DNA of 64,000 bases. Source: an uncultured delta proteobacterium. GTDB taxonomy: Bacteria; Myxococcota_A; Polyangia; Fen-1088. Each line of letters begins with the position of its first letter. Within the stretch, counting starts at the first letter, position 1. A program made the position numbers and the translations under genes. Under the pieces are notes generated by a model. That model did not search any database and was not told the DNA's origin. It worked only from the letters and a program-made list of their open reading frames with translations. Below, piece after piece: positions 1 to 10,163 of the stretch. The stretch lies in contig CAVYGB010000012.1 in assembly GCA_963767925.1 (NCBI GenBank), positions 10,078-74,077 of the forward strand, written 5' to 3'.

Positions 1-693
1 GCGCCAGGCCTGCTCGAGCTGTTCGAGGGGATGGTCCTCCACGGGGTCCGAGTGGGCCACGAGGATTCGCTGCAACGGGAGCCTGCCGATCTCCTCGAGG
101 GATTGGCGCACGACGGGGCCGCCGCGCGTATGCCAGCGCACATCCGGAGGCGCCTTGTACCGTTGGTACTGGCCCAGTACCCGGGAAGCCCAGCGCCAGG
201 TCCAATGATCGGCCGCGCACCCGCACATCATCAGATCCGCCCCGATTAGCGTGTGGGTCCTTGCGTGAAAGAAGAGGGTTTCATCCAGGAAGGGGACGCC
301 CCGGAGCGCGACGGGAGACAGCTCCGGCACCAGGGAGGGCAACCGCCCGTCGTCGATCGCCACGTCCAGATCGACGGCCCTGTTCCTCGACTTCGCCGAT
401 GGCGGGCCGATGACCTGCGCACCCGGGTAGCGAGCCTTCAAGGCGCTGGCGTGCAGGTGATGGTAGCGGTTGGGTACGACGATCCAGCGCACCTGCCCCA
501 GGCGGTCGAGCTCGGCGCAAAGCTGCGGGGTGGGCTCGCCCGCGCTGTGCACCCAGAGCCTGCCGTCGGCCAGGCGGACCACCGTCATTCGAGAACGCAA
601 GCGCACGCCGCCGAACCAGAGCTTGCGCTCGGCTATCCAGATTCCGCCCGGCGGAAGCTCCCTCAGACCTGGACTGCCCGTGTTCGATTCCAT
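1..693 (-). CDS. DUF4336-family protein (metallo-beta-lactamase-like), runs off the window start
   Basis: Absent from the ORF track because there is no stop in the window. Manual translation from ATG 693 gives MESNTGSPGLRELPPGGIWIAERKLWFGGVRLRSRMTVVRLADGRLWVHS...RWIVVPNRYHHLH..., which carries the RMTVVRL / LWVHS / PNxxHH motifs typical of DUF4336. Confidence 0.8.
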   Translation of the reverse strand, partial: MESNTGSPGLRELPPGGIWIAERKLWFGGVRLRSRMTVVRLADGRLWVHSAGEPTPQLCAELDRLGQVRWIVVPNRYHHLHASALKARYPGAQVIGPPSAKSRNRAVDLDVAIDDGRLPSLVPELSPVALRGVPFLDETLFFHARTHTLIGADLMMCGCAADHWTWRWASRVLGQYQRYKAPPDVRWHTRGGPVVRQSLEEIGRLPLQRILVAHSDPVEDHPLEQLEQAWR

Positions 694-863
694 CGCGGTC
701 GCGACCGGCGCTTACCACAACTCCGCGGCTCTTGCACGCCGACCGTGCCGTCGTCGACGAGCCTTCTCGACAGCGGCTCGCGGACGAGACGGAGGCGATG
801 CGAGACGCTGCAAGGCTCGCATCCGTCCGGTGAGTCGGTCTGCGCCACGGCCCTCGGTGGGAA

Positions 864-1778
864 TCACGGGACCTTCGTGGGATCGCCGGTGGACCAGGCT
901 ACCCCATCGCCACGGTCCATCTTCGCGATGGCGGCCATGTCGGTCTCGTCGATCTCGAAGCCGAAGATGTCGGCGTTTTGCCGGATGCGGTCGGGGTTGG
1001 TGCTCTTCGGGAGGGACGGGTAGCCCTTCTGGAGGGCCCAGCGCAGCAGGACCTGGGCCTCGCTCACGCCGTACTTCCTGGCCATTATCTTGAATGGGGA
1101 CTCCGCCCGCTCGCCATCGGCCTTCATCTGGTCCGTCTTCCCGCTGGCTTGCCCCGCGGCGATTCTCCAGGTCGAGAGCGGGACCAGGCTGCTGTAGGCG
1201 ATGGGCGTGATCGCGTTGTCTTGGAGGTACCGAACCAGCGCGGGCTTCTGTGACCAGGGGTGCAGCTCGATCTGGTTGGCCGCCGGCATGGGCAGGCCCG
1301 CGGCCTTCAGCTCCTCGATGTGCTCGATGCTGAAGTTGCTCACGCCGATCGCTCGCGTCTTCCCCTGCCCTCTGAGCTCGACCAGCCCCCGCCACTGGGC
1401 GAGTCTCTGGTCGCGCTCGTACGGCGCGTGGATCAAGTAGAGGTCCACGTACTTCAGGCCCAGCCGCTGCAGGCTCTCATCCAGCGAGGTCACCGTGGAC
1501 GCGGTGGTCTTCGCCGTCTGCCCCCACGCGGGGTTTCCGGGCCACAGCTTCGTGGTGACGAAGATGTCGCCTCTCGAGAGGCCCTCGGACGCGAGGGCCT
1601 GCTCGATCCCCTCCCCGACGCCCGCTTCGTTTCGATAGCCTTCCGCGGTGTCGATATGCCGGTAGCCGGCGCCAATGGCCTCACGGACCGTCGCGGCGAC
1701 CTCGTCGTTCTTGATGAGGTACGTGCCCAGGCCAAGGTACGGGATCTCGATGTCTGTGGTCAGTGTTCGGGTCTTCAT
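864..1778 (-). CDS. Aldo/keto reductase (2,5-diketogluconate reductase-like)
   Basis: Motifs LGLGTY, GYRHIDTAEGY, IFVTTKLW, DLYLIHAP, AIGVSNF, NQIELHPW and LPKS. Confidence 0.93.
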   Translation of the reverse strand: MKTRTLTTDIEIPYLGLGTYLIKNDEVAATVREAIGAGYRHIDTAEGYRNEAGVGEGIEQALASEGLSRGDIFVTTKLWPGNPAWGQTAKTTASTVTSLDESLQRLGLKYVDLYLIHAPYERDQRLAQWRGLVELRGQGKTRAIGVSNFSIEHIEELKAAGLPMPAANQIELHPWSQKPALVRYLQDNAITPIAYSSLVPLSTWRIAAGQASGKTDQMKADGERAESPFKIMARKYGVSEAQVLLRWALQKGYPSLPKSTNPDRIRQNADIFGFEIDETDMAAIAKMDRGDGVAWSTGDPTKVP

Positions 1779-2280
1779 TCGTTCTCCTCGAGTCGACGGG
1801 GCGAGACGCCATCAGGAGGCTCCGGGACGAGGTCGCCGAGCCGGCACTCGACCACGAACGCCCCCGCGCGGCGATGACCCATCGCACTGACTCCGGACGG
1901 CGACTGGAACGGTGGACCGCTCCAACGATTGCGCCGCCCCCGGCGACCGCCGCTCCTTCGGCTCCGGCGCCGGCGGATCGGGAGCTGGCCCGGCGGCAGG
2001 CGGCGGTGGCCGCATCGGTCATCGAGCCTTCGGGGCGGCAGCAGCGGCGGGGTAGCTGGCAGGCGGCGCTCCCGCGTAAGCGCTGCACGGACAGCACGGG
2101 AGCGCCGGCCCGGCGCTTGCGGGACCGCCACGGACGCCCGCAAGCGCCTCGCCGCGCTCAGCGCCTCCCCCTGAGCGCTGCCGCCGCAGCCACCCTCCGG
2201 AGGGCATGTCCCGGAATACGAGGAGCTCGTGGCCGCCCAACGACATCAGACAGCGACGGACGGACCGTCAAGTGATCGAC

Positions 2281-3867
2281 TCATTGCCCGACGAGAAGCG
2301 CCATCGCGCCCGCCATCAGCGACACCGTGTGCTCATCGGCATCGGAGCCGAAGAGCTCGTCCGGGGAGAAGCCCGTGCACCTGATCTGCTGCTGCTCGAG
2401 GGTCAGCGCGTAGGCGCCGTGGGACGCCTCGACCTTGTGCCGCAGCTGCGAGTCCACGGACCATCCCTTCGCCTCGAGGCCAGAGACCGTACTCTCGGGA
2501 GCGATCGACTTCGCCAACTGGATTGTCATCTCTCTCGGCCTGACGTCGAGACAGTGCAGAGCGGCCTTGATGTCATCGTGACGACCAAACCACTCCGACT
2601 CGAAGGAAGCCTCCTGAATCAGGGTTCCAGTCAGCTTGGTCTCGTGCTCATAACGGATGGAATAGGTGCCGGCAGGAAACGCGATGGAGTTGTCATCGAC
2701 GCCTACCTCGGACCAACCGAACCGCTTGCGAAGGGCAGCCACCTTCCCGCCGAGGTCTTCTTCGTGCACCTTGCCGACCAGGCCGTTGACCCGCTCGGCA
2801 AGGTAGTCCGCGGAGTACGTCCAGTTCCTGATGTTGGTCAGGTAGTCGACGACTCGCGCCGGCCCGCTATCCGTGAAGGCGAGCTGAAGGGCAAACTTTC
2901 CGTCCAGGTCGAAGGAGTCCGGCGAAATTATCGAACCACTGAAATCACCCAGAACGATCTCGTCCTTGGTCGGCTGGTGAAGTATCGGCCCCTGATCCCT
3001 TCGACCATCCTCTCCGGAGGACCGCTGAACACCCAACGAGACGTATCCGCACAGAGAGGACACGGTCAGCAACTGATTCTCGAGAGCCTCTCGGACGCCC
3101 CGCAGGCCGGCGACCAGGAAGTGAGCAAATGTACTCAGCTTCGGATTGGGCGACCTACCGCTCGACGCCTCGGCATCCGCAGGGGATGACATCACAACGA
3201 CCCCCGTGGTCTTCGCGAGGTAGTCTTTCAGGAACGTTGCCGATACCATCGGCGGAATCGTCTTCAGGTGACTGGTGTCGGGACCACTGAAGCAAGCATC
3301 GAGAAATACGATCTTCTGCTTCGCCAGAGAACCGCTCAGGACGTCCTTCACCTTCGAGAAGGGCAGGAATGCACCCTGGTCCTCATCCGAGTAGACGTCC
3401 TGTGGAACAAGGAACAGTTCGGATGAGCCCGCCAGGCGATGGCCGTGCCCGCTGAAGAAGAAGACGATGCAGTCATCAGGGCCTGCGCTATCGGCCAATG
3501 CCTTGAGCGCCTTCAGGATCTCGCCCCTGGACGGCGGCGCAGAGCTCTTCGAGGTCAGCGTCCGGACGCCATCTCCCCGCGCGTTCAGCTGATGCACGTC
3601 AAGGAACGCGTTGGCGAAGGCCGAAGCGGCGTGTTCACAGCTGCCAAGTGTGCCAAAACCCGCAGCACCTTCGTATCTGCTCACGCCGACCGCAAGCACC
3701 CGGGCTACGCCGAGGGCGCTCGCTCCTTCTGCCGAGGAGCGCCGTCGCCTGGTCAGCTGGCCGTTCGTCACTCTCGCAAACCTTCCGTCATGGCGTTCGT
3801 AGCCGTTGGTCGCAGGGGACCAGCTCGCCACTGGCTGGGAGCGGCTCCTTGTGTCGCCACTCTCCAC
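2281..3867 (-). CDS. Caspase-like (peptidase C14) protein with an unrecognised C-terminal domain
   Basis: VLAVGVSRY, FFFSGHG (catalytic His), IVFLDACFSG (catalytic Cys) and STFAHFLVAGLRG. The true start is uncertain and may lie nearer 3700. Visibly lower GC than the flanks. Confidence 0.85.
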   Translation of the reverse strand: MESGDTRSRSQPVASWSPATNGYERHDGRFARVTNGQLTRRRRSSAEGASALGVARVLAVGVSRYEGAAGFGTLGSCEHAASAFANAFLDVHQLNARGDGVRTLTSKSSAPPSRGEILKALKALADSAGPDDCIVFFFSGHGHRLAGSSELFLVPQDVYSDEDQGAFLPFSKVKDVLSGSLAKQKIVFLDACFSGPDTSHLKTIPPMVSATFLKDYLAKTTGVVVMSSPADAEASSGRSPNPKLSTFAHFLVAGLRGVREALENQLLTVSSLCGYVSLGVQRSSGEDGRRDQGPILHQPTKDEIVLGDFSGSIISPDSFDLDGKFALQLAFTDSGPARVVDYLTNIRNWTYSADYLAERVNGLVGKVHEEDLGGKVAALRKRFGWSEVGVDDNSIAFPAGTYSIRYEHETKLTGTLIQEASFESEWFGRHDDIKAALHCLDVRPREMTIQLAKSIAPESTVSGLEAKGWSVDSQLRHKVEASHGAYALTLEQQQIRCTGFSPDELFGSDADEHTVSLMAGAMALLVGQ

Positions 3868-3871
3868 TTGT

Positions 3872-4219
3872 TCATTCGAACCCGATCATGTCGTCCACCG
3901 CGGAGCGGAACAGGCCCAGAAGGACGCGAACTCACTTACCACTTCGAACCTCGTCCGCAAAATCGTGGATCACGATGATGCGTTCCGGATTTTCGGGCGC
4001 GGTAACGGCAAGGTCATCATTGTCTTGGCGACGAGCAAACGGTACGTACTTCCTTCGGTAGCGCTTCCGGAGTCCCTGTAGCCGCTTGTGGGCCAGGTCG
4101 CGGGGCATGATGTGCCAGGGAGTCAGGTCCACCAGGTTCTGCTCCACGGCGCGTCGGAGTCCCTCGGGTAGCGCAATTGATACGTCGAGATCCTCTGGCT
4201 GTAGAATCCTCATCGTCAT
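3872..4219 (-). CDS. Putative immunity protein (SUKH/SMI1-like) for the upstream Rhs toxin; frameshifted near its 3' end
   Basis: Contains YVPFARRQDNDDLA and IVIHDFA. Switching frames after 3945 gives ...EVVSEFASFWAxFRSAVDDMIGFE* ending at 3872. The ATG overlaps the toxin stop codon (ATGA, 4216-4219). Confidence 0.65.
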
Positions 4220-7150
4220 GGCACACCAGTGACCCCGGAACCCTGGGGATAGACACTCCGGTAGGCGGCGCTTTGGTTTCCTATTCTCGTCATGACCGCT
4301 TCACCCCACGTAGTTGCTTCCGCTCCGGATTTCGAAACGAAGCGCCCCGCCATCGATGCTGGCAGGGCGTCATCGGCAGCGTGGATCACCGCTTGAACGG
4401 GTGTCTTGCTCATGTGGGCAGCAAGCACCCGGGTGTTGTCGACAGTGATCAGTCGCCCCCCGATGTTTACCACGTCCACTGGTGCCCCGACCCAGCCCTG
4501 CGTCTTCATGCTTTGCCGCGATGGCGTCCACTCCGCGAACTGAGGTCTGACTGAAGAGGATCCTGGATGAGCTGAGCGTCGTGACGGCGCCCGTCCCCAC
4601 CATCCTGGCGGTGTTCAGCTCTGCCGCCAGGCTGGGGCCAGCTGCCACGTCACCCGCGGCGAGGCCGACGCCGGCCAGGCTCTGCAGGTTGGGGTTGGCG
4701 GCCGCCTCCACCAGCGCGCCGCTCGGCTGAACGACGTCGGCGGCGGTTTCGACGGTCAGCCCGACGCCAGCGGCCTTCGCCGCCAGCACGCCCCCAACGT
4801 CAATTCGGCCAGACCGGCGGTCGGGAGGATGCCGAGGCCGAAGGTGATGCCGGCGATGACCTTTTCGCCGGAGGTCATCTCGAAGCTGACGCCGCGGGCA
4901 CGGACCTCGGCGCGGTGCGGGTGTCGCTGAACAGGTCCCGCTCCACCAGGCCGCTGGGGTCGCGCAGGGCGACGGGGTTGTTCAGGGTGTAGGTGTACAG
5001 GCCGAGGTGCCTGGGTTGAAAGACACCTTCGTTCGGAGCGCCACCCAGGTAGCTCGACAGGATGGGATCCGGGTTGATCCACTGGTTCGCGCGGGGGTCG
5101 TAGTAGCGGGCCCCGTAGTAGTAGAGCCCGGTGGCGTCGTCGAGCTCCCTGCCGTTGAACAGGTAGTGGGGCTGCACGGCGGGAGTGCCGGTCTCCTCGA
5201 CCCAGACCTCGCCGCTGGCAAAATATTCGTCGTGCTGGACCAGATCCTGCTCCGGGTCCGAGACGAAGTGCGTGCTTTGCAGGTGGTCGGGGTGGTACCA
5301 GAACGTAGACGAGGCGGGGCCCGGCCCGGGCGGCTCCACCTTGCTCGCGATGCGCGCGCCGCCGGCGAAGATGTGCTTGGTGGGGAGCTGGCCGTTGCGC
5401 AGGGTGAGGTACTGGCTGGGGTAGATGGTGTCGCCGTCGGCGGTGAGCTGGTGGGTGCGGGTTCCGGACCCGTCGTAGCTATCGATCCGGTTGCCCTCCC
5501 TCCGGTAGTCGAGCTCGAAGCTCCCACCCAGGGGCCGCACGACCCGCCGGAGCAGGTTGGCCTTGCTCCCCTTGTTCAGGCGGGCGAACACCTGGGCGTT
5601 GCCGTTCACCTTGATGACGTGGTCGGGACCGCCGTCGCCATCGATGTCTTCGAGGCGCAAGGTCATGTAGCTGTCGTTCTGCTCGAAGGCCACCGATCCC
5701 CGGGCGGTGACCGTCACCGGTCCGATGAAGCCGAAGCCGGAGGCGCTCGCCGCCCCCGAAAAGCCGTCGATCGCGGTGGCGCCGAGCGCGTCGGCGGCGC
5801 CGAGCGCGAAGCCGCCCAGGCCGGCGGGCTCCACCTGGATCCGGCTGCGGTCCCAGTCGGCGATGGGGATTAACTTCTCGTTGGTGAAGCCGCTGCCCAG
5901 GTTGAGCTTGACCCGCATGAACAGCTCGTCGGGGACCTTCATGAGCTGGTCGGGCAGGCCGTCGCCGTTGACGTCAGTCAGCTCGACGATGGATTGGATC
6001 GACGACGGTTGAGCAGCTCCTGGCGCGCGCTGAAGGTCGTGACGCCCCAGGGCCCGCCCGTCCAGACCACCGGGGCGCCGAAGCGGTGGCCGAGGTTCAA
6101 GCGCACGCGGAAGTTGCCCTCGAAGTCGCTGGCGAGGTGGTCGGGGAGCTGGTCGCCGTTGATGTCGTAGTTGGGCCACTGCTGGGGCGGACCGAAGCCG
6201 CCCTGGCGATCGTTGAGGCGCACCTGGAGGGTCCCGCCGAGGGCTGCGCCGGCCAGACCCCCGCCGATCCGGCCGAGACCGAAGCCGAACAGGTCGACGT
6301 GGCCGTCTCCGTTCATGTCGGCGAGGAGCTGGGTCTCGCGGGTACGGTTCTTGAGGCTCGTGTTGGTGGAGAGGTTGAGCAGGCCGAAGATGCCCGCCTC
6401 GGCGCCAAAGAAGTCGCGCTGGACCTGGGAGAGGGGACCCACCGAGGTGGGGCTGACCGCCGGCGTGAACAGTCCCCCGAGGGCGGCGGGGTTCAGCCGG
6501 TCGGCCCCTTGCAGGCTGCCGCGGTTGACGAGGCCATCGCCCGCCAGTCCATCGGTCAAGGAATCGCTGGACAGGTCGAACAGGCGCCAGTCGGTGAGCT
6601 CCTTGCCTTGCGAGTCGGTGCCGCCGATGCCGAGGTTGAGCTGCGGGATGCCAATGCCCACGCCGCCGCTCACGACGCTGGCCGTGTCGCGCGCGTGGGT
6701 GTGTCCATCGGCAGGTCGTTCGGCGCCGCTGGCCAGCCTGGTGATGGCATACGGCACGGGGGCGTTGAACAGATCGAGCCCCGTCGTGTCTTCGGGCGTG
6801 GAGAAGTACTCGAAGCGGTGGCTGTAAAAGAGGTTGCTCCCGGCCAGGCCGCGCGCCTCGATGCGATCGAGCAAGGTCTTTCCGTAGTTGCCGGTCCGGT
6901 AGTGCAGGTCGTACCGGCGCACGACCTGCGCGCCGAAGCGCACCGTGATCTGTCCGAGCAGGCAGCGGGTGAGGACCTGGAAACCCGCTCGACCGTCGAT
7001 GAAGTCATCGGACCGCTGACAGGCGCCGGCGCCGTCCTGCTGGCGTTGCAGGTCGACGGCGTAGGGGGCCGGGGAGCCCGGGTGCGCGGCATAGTCGATC
7101 CCGCTCAGGTAGAGCTGGCGGAAGGGCTCGCCGTTGCTCCCCTCGTCGGT
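4216..7150 (-). pseudogene. Collapsed SpvB/TcdB-type Rhs polymorphic toxin: FG-GAP repeats, Rhs core and a ParB-like C-terminal toxin domain
   Basis: Assembled from ORF pieces 5978-6943, 4875-6179, 4756-5082, 4370-4789 and 4216-4509. These carry DMNGDGHVD/DVNGDGLPD repeats, the Rhs core YHPDHLQST...YLFNGRELDDATGLYYYGARYYDP...NNPVALRDPSG, and the tip FSQTSV...MKTQGWVGAPVDVV...TVDNTRVLAA. The YD-repeat shell and N-terminus are missing and there are several frameshifts. Confidence 0.85.
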
Positions 7151-7494
7151 GGCGTAGCGGCCCGCGAGTTGTCAGATCGTAGCTGAAGAGATGAGCAGCT
7201 CGCCCGGTTCCGCGGGAGAACAGCTTGACGAAGACGAAGGTGTTCGGCGACAGCGGTGCGAGCTGGTTGCTCTCCAGATCTCTTCATGCGCTGGGGTGGC
7301 CCGTCCGAGATGGTGAAGCGGGTGCCGACCTGCTTGAACCTCCGGGGGCGGTTGTCACATCGGGCGGGGTCGGTTCGTCAGGTGATGAAGGGGCCGGCGG
7401 TTCCTGAACGCTAGCTCGGCGGCGGTCACATCTGGTGGTCGCCATTCGTCAGCCTGGCCTGGCACCCGCTCGAAGCTGACGGGCTCTCACCAGG

Positions 7495-8253
7495 TCAGCG
7501 GCCGATGCGGATGGCGGGGAGGGTGTCGGCTTCGATGAAGGCGTCGAGGAAGATGGTGTCCACCGCGTTCGAGCGCTCGGCGCGGTGGATGCCGGGCTGG
7601 AAGAACATGGGGTTCGCGTCGGCCTTGGTCTGGGCGGGGATGTCGAGCACGACGGCGCCGTCGTACCAGAGCTTGATGCGGCCGACCTGCGGGTTGGTGG
7701 ACCATTTGATGTGCATGGCCATCTGGTGCCAGCGGCCCACGGTGAAGGCTGCCGTCCAGTGCTTGTTCGGGCCGAGATTGCCGGTCCCGAAGTTGATGGT
7801 GGCGCCGCCGCCCTCCTTGCCGCCTTCCTTGCCGCCTTCCTTCGGCTCCACCCACCAGGTCATCATGTTCCGCCAGCTCTTGTCCGACTCCCAGTAGGCG
7901 AAGTTGTCGCGGGCCAGCGGCGCTGCGTCCATGCGCAAGTAAAACGACAGAAAGAGATCCTGGCCCTCTTCGGTGCGGGGGGAGTTGCGGGTGAGCTGCA
8001 CCCGCATCTGCCGGGCGGCGAAGGTGTCGTCGGGGTGAAGGGTCAGCTTGACGGCGGACTTCCCCTCGCGCACCGGATCGGAGACGATCTCGATGTTCTT
8101 GCGCCCCTTGTTGGTGGCGTTGATGTTCCCGTCGAACTGGCCGAGGTCGCCGGTCTCGAAGTCGGCCTTCCAGACGACGCCGGCGCTGAGCCGCCCGCCC
8201 AGCACGAGCAGCGAGCCGAGCACCCCGGCTCCGATCAGCGCGCGTGACTTCAT
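7495..8253 (-). CDS. Secreted polysaccharide lyase-like (heparin lyase I / ConA-like fold) protein
   Basis: C-terminal part of ORF 7495..9477 from ATG 8253. It has a signal peptide MKSRALIGAGVLGSLLVLGG, then VVWKADFETGDL, VSDPVREG, GRWH, IKLWYDG and GIHR. Confidence 0.7.
   Translation of the reverse strand: MKSRALIGAGVLGSLLVLGGRLSAGVVWKADFETGDLGQFDGNINATNKGRKNIEIVSDPVREGKSAVKLTLHPDDTFAARQMRVQLTRNSPRTEEGQDLFLSFYLRMDAAPLARDNFAYWESDKSWRNMMTWWVEPKEGGKEGGKEGGGATINFGTGNLGPNKHWTAAFTVGRWHQMAMHIKWSTNPQVGRIKLWYDGAVVLDIPAQTKADANPMFFQPGIHRAERSNAVDTIFLDAFIEADTLPAIRIGR
7807..7842. repeat. 12-bp in-frame tandem repeat x3 (KEGG-KEGG-KEGG)
   Basis: gccgccctcctt gccgccttcctt gccgccttcctt. Confidence 0.85.
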
Positions 8254-8255
8254 GA

Positions 8256-9332
8256 TCACTTCCGCGGCAGGCGGGCCGGACCCCGGGTCTGGGCCAGCAT
8301 CCAGGTCAGGACCTCCTCGAGCTTGGCCGGATCGTCGTAGACCCGCTCCCAGGACTGCGGGTGGTTTGCGCCCTGCTGCAGCTCGTAGCGGGCGTCCTTG
8401 CGCGGCTGCGGGCAGGCCATGAACTTGGCCATGCCGGCGGTGTCGTTGGCGGGGCTGTCGTTGGTCCCGTGGAAGACCCACATGGCGACCTCGTTGAGCA
8501 GCGCGCACCCGCCGGCGTTGAAGGCCACGTTGGAGTCGGCGGCGATCAGCGCCGCGGCGACGACGCGTTCGCCCTTGAACTGGCCCAGGTACTCGAAGCC
8601 GCCGCGGCCACCGCAGCTCAGGCCGGTCAGGAAGACCTTGTCGGGGTCGACGTCGTAGCGGGTCATGGCGAACTCGGTGAAGTTGCGCAGCTCCTGTCCC
8701 GACGGGCAGTCGTTGCCGGGGTGCTGAATCGAGAGGACGATGAACGGCCGCTCGGCCGGCCACTGGTTGTTGCGGATTGTCTTCGGCGGTCCGTGGCGCA
8801 GCACGCGCGGGAGCTGGGCCGGCGACCCGTCGCCGTTCTCCCCGAAGCCGTGCCAGAACATCAGCAGCGGGCGCTTGGTGCCGTCGCCGTAGCCCGGCGG
8901 CAGGTACTCGTAGTAGCCGTTGGCCGCGTAGGGCATGCCGCGGGGCCGGGCGACCTGACGGCTGGCCGACGGGCCACCGCCCGCGGCGTCTCGCGACCCG
9001 CCCGCGTCCGGGCGCGCGCCGTCGGACCTGGCGTCGGCCGCGCGGCTGTCGCGCGAGCCAGAGGCACCGCTGTCGACCGGCCGGCCGGGGGCGCCGCCAC
9101 CCGTGCCAGCGCTGCCGCCGCCCGCGCCAGCGCTGCTGCCGCCCGCGCCGGCGCTGCTGCCGCCCGTGCCGCTCGTGCTTCCGCCACGACCGCCCTCCCC
9201 GCTTCCGCCGCTGCCCGCAGGGACCGTCCCGCTGCCGCCGCTTCCGGCGCCCCCGTTGCCGGGGCCCGGGGAGCTCGAGCTGCAGCCGACCGCCAGCGCC
9301 GTTGTCGCCAGGAGAATCGAAACGTTTCGCAT
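8256..9332 (-). CDS. Lipoprotein with a Gly/Ser-rich linker and an alpha/beta-hydrolase (esterase/peptidase) domain
   Basis: Lipobox MRNVSILLATTALAVGC, YYEYLPPGY, PLLMFWHGFGE, the nucleophile elbow TGLSCGG and WVFHGTND. Confidence 0.8.
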   Translation of the reverse strand: MRNVSILLATTALAVGCSSSSPGPGNGGAGSGGSGTVPAGSGGSGEGGRGGSTSGTGGSSAGAGGSSAGAGGGSAGTGGGAPGRPVDSGASGSRDSRAADARSDGARPDAGGSRDAAGGGPSASRQVARPRGMPYAANGYYEYLPPGYGDGTKRPLLMFWHGFGENGDGSPAQLPRVLRHGPPKTIRNNQWPAERPFIVLSIQHPGNDCPSGQELRNFTEFAMTRYDVDPDKVFLTGLSCGGRGGFEYLGQFKGERVVAAALIAADSNVAFNAGGCALLNEVAMWVFHGTNDSPANDTAGMAKFMACPQPRKDARYELQQGANHPQSWERVYDDPAKLEEVLTWMLAQTRGPARLPRK

Positions 9333-9559
9333 GGCGGCCACTATAGGCCGAGGCCGTTGCGGTGTCAGCGCGGTCTCGCCGGCCGCCTGCCGCCCCCTGG
9401 CGGCGTGGCCTCGCACCCGGAAAGTCGACCGGCGCGAGATGTAAAACTTTCGCAATCCGGCCCGCTGCCCCGCCCAAGGCGAGGGCAGGCGGTCGCCGGC
9501 GTCACCCGGGGCCAGGCGCGGCCGGCGGCGCAGGGGCGGCGGCGAGGGTCCAGCCGCGG

Positions 9560-9980
9560 GCGCGCGCCTATTCGGCCGGTCACGCCGTCGATCTGGATGT
9601 CGAACCGGGCGACGGTGGGCGCCGGGCCCGCGCTGGCGACCTCGGCGAGGGGCTTCTCGGCGAGCAGGTCCTCGATCCGGCGCAGGGCCCGCTGGGCGGC
9701 CCGGAGCAGCAGCAGGGCCACCGACAGCTCGGAGAGCTGGCCGGTGACCCCGCCGACACGACGAGGAACACAAGCAACGTGCCGGCGTCGAGGGTGCCGC
9801 CCAGCATGAGGGGCTGCCGGCCAGGACCACCAGCACGAAGCTCATCTCGACCGTGAACCCGTAAACGGACAGCAGCGGGGCCGGCCCGACCTCCGCCCGG
9901 ATGAGGGCGTCCCGCAGGGCCAGGGCCGGCTCGAAGGATCTCCGTCGGCTGGCGCCGGCTGCGGCTCGCTCGCCATGCTG
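9560..9980 (-). pseudogene. Remnant of an ABC transporter permease/ATPase fusion
   Basis: Fragments in different frames read EMSFVLVVLAG / LGGTLDAGTLLVFLVVS / ALRRIEDLLAEKPL...RFDIQIDGVT. This matches the TMD-to-NBD junction of ABC half-transporters, but no Walker A follows. Confidence 0.5.
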
Positions 9981-10050
9981 GCGATGGTGCCCACAATTTG
10001 CAATTGAGTATCAAACTCATTTTCAGCGCAAACCCGGCGCGGTGGCGACC

Positions 10051-10100
10051 GCCCCTCACCCTTCCCTCTCCCCACGGCGGACCGCGGGGAGAGGGCAAAC
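10051..10100. repeat. REP-like palindromic element
   Basis: cccctcacccttCCCTCTCCCCacggcggaccgcGGGGAGAGGGcaaac, the same family as the array at 10164 but in the opposite orientation. Confidence 0.75.
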
Positions 10101-10163
10101 GGACAGCGGGCCGCGAAAACTTCGGACGAATCCATCGCAGAGCTCGCTCGGATGATGATTGGC

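Noticed and set aside
1790..2270. Short ORFs between the reductase and the caspase-like gene
   Set aside because: The translations are low-complexity in all frames with no recognisable family or RBS support.
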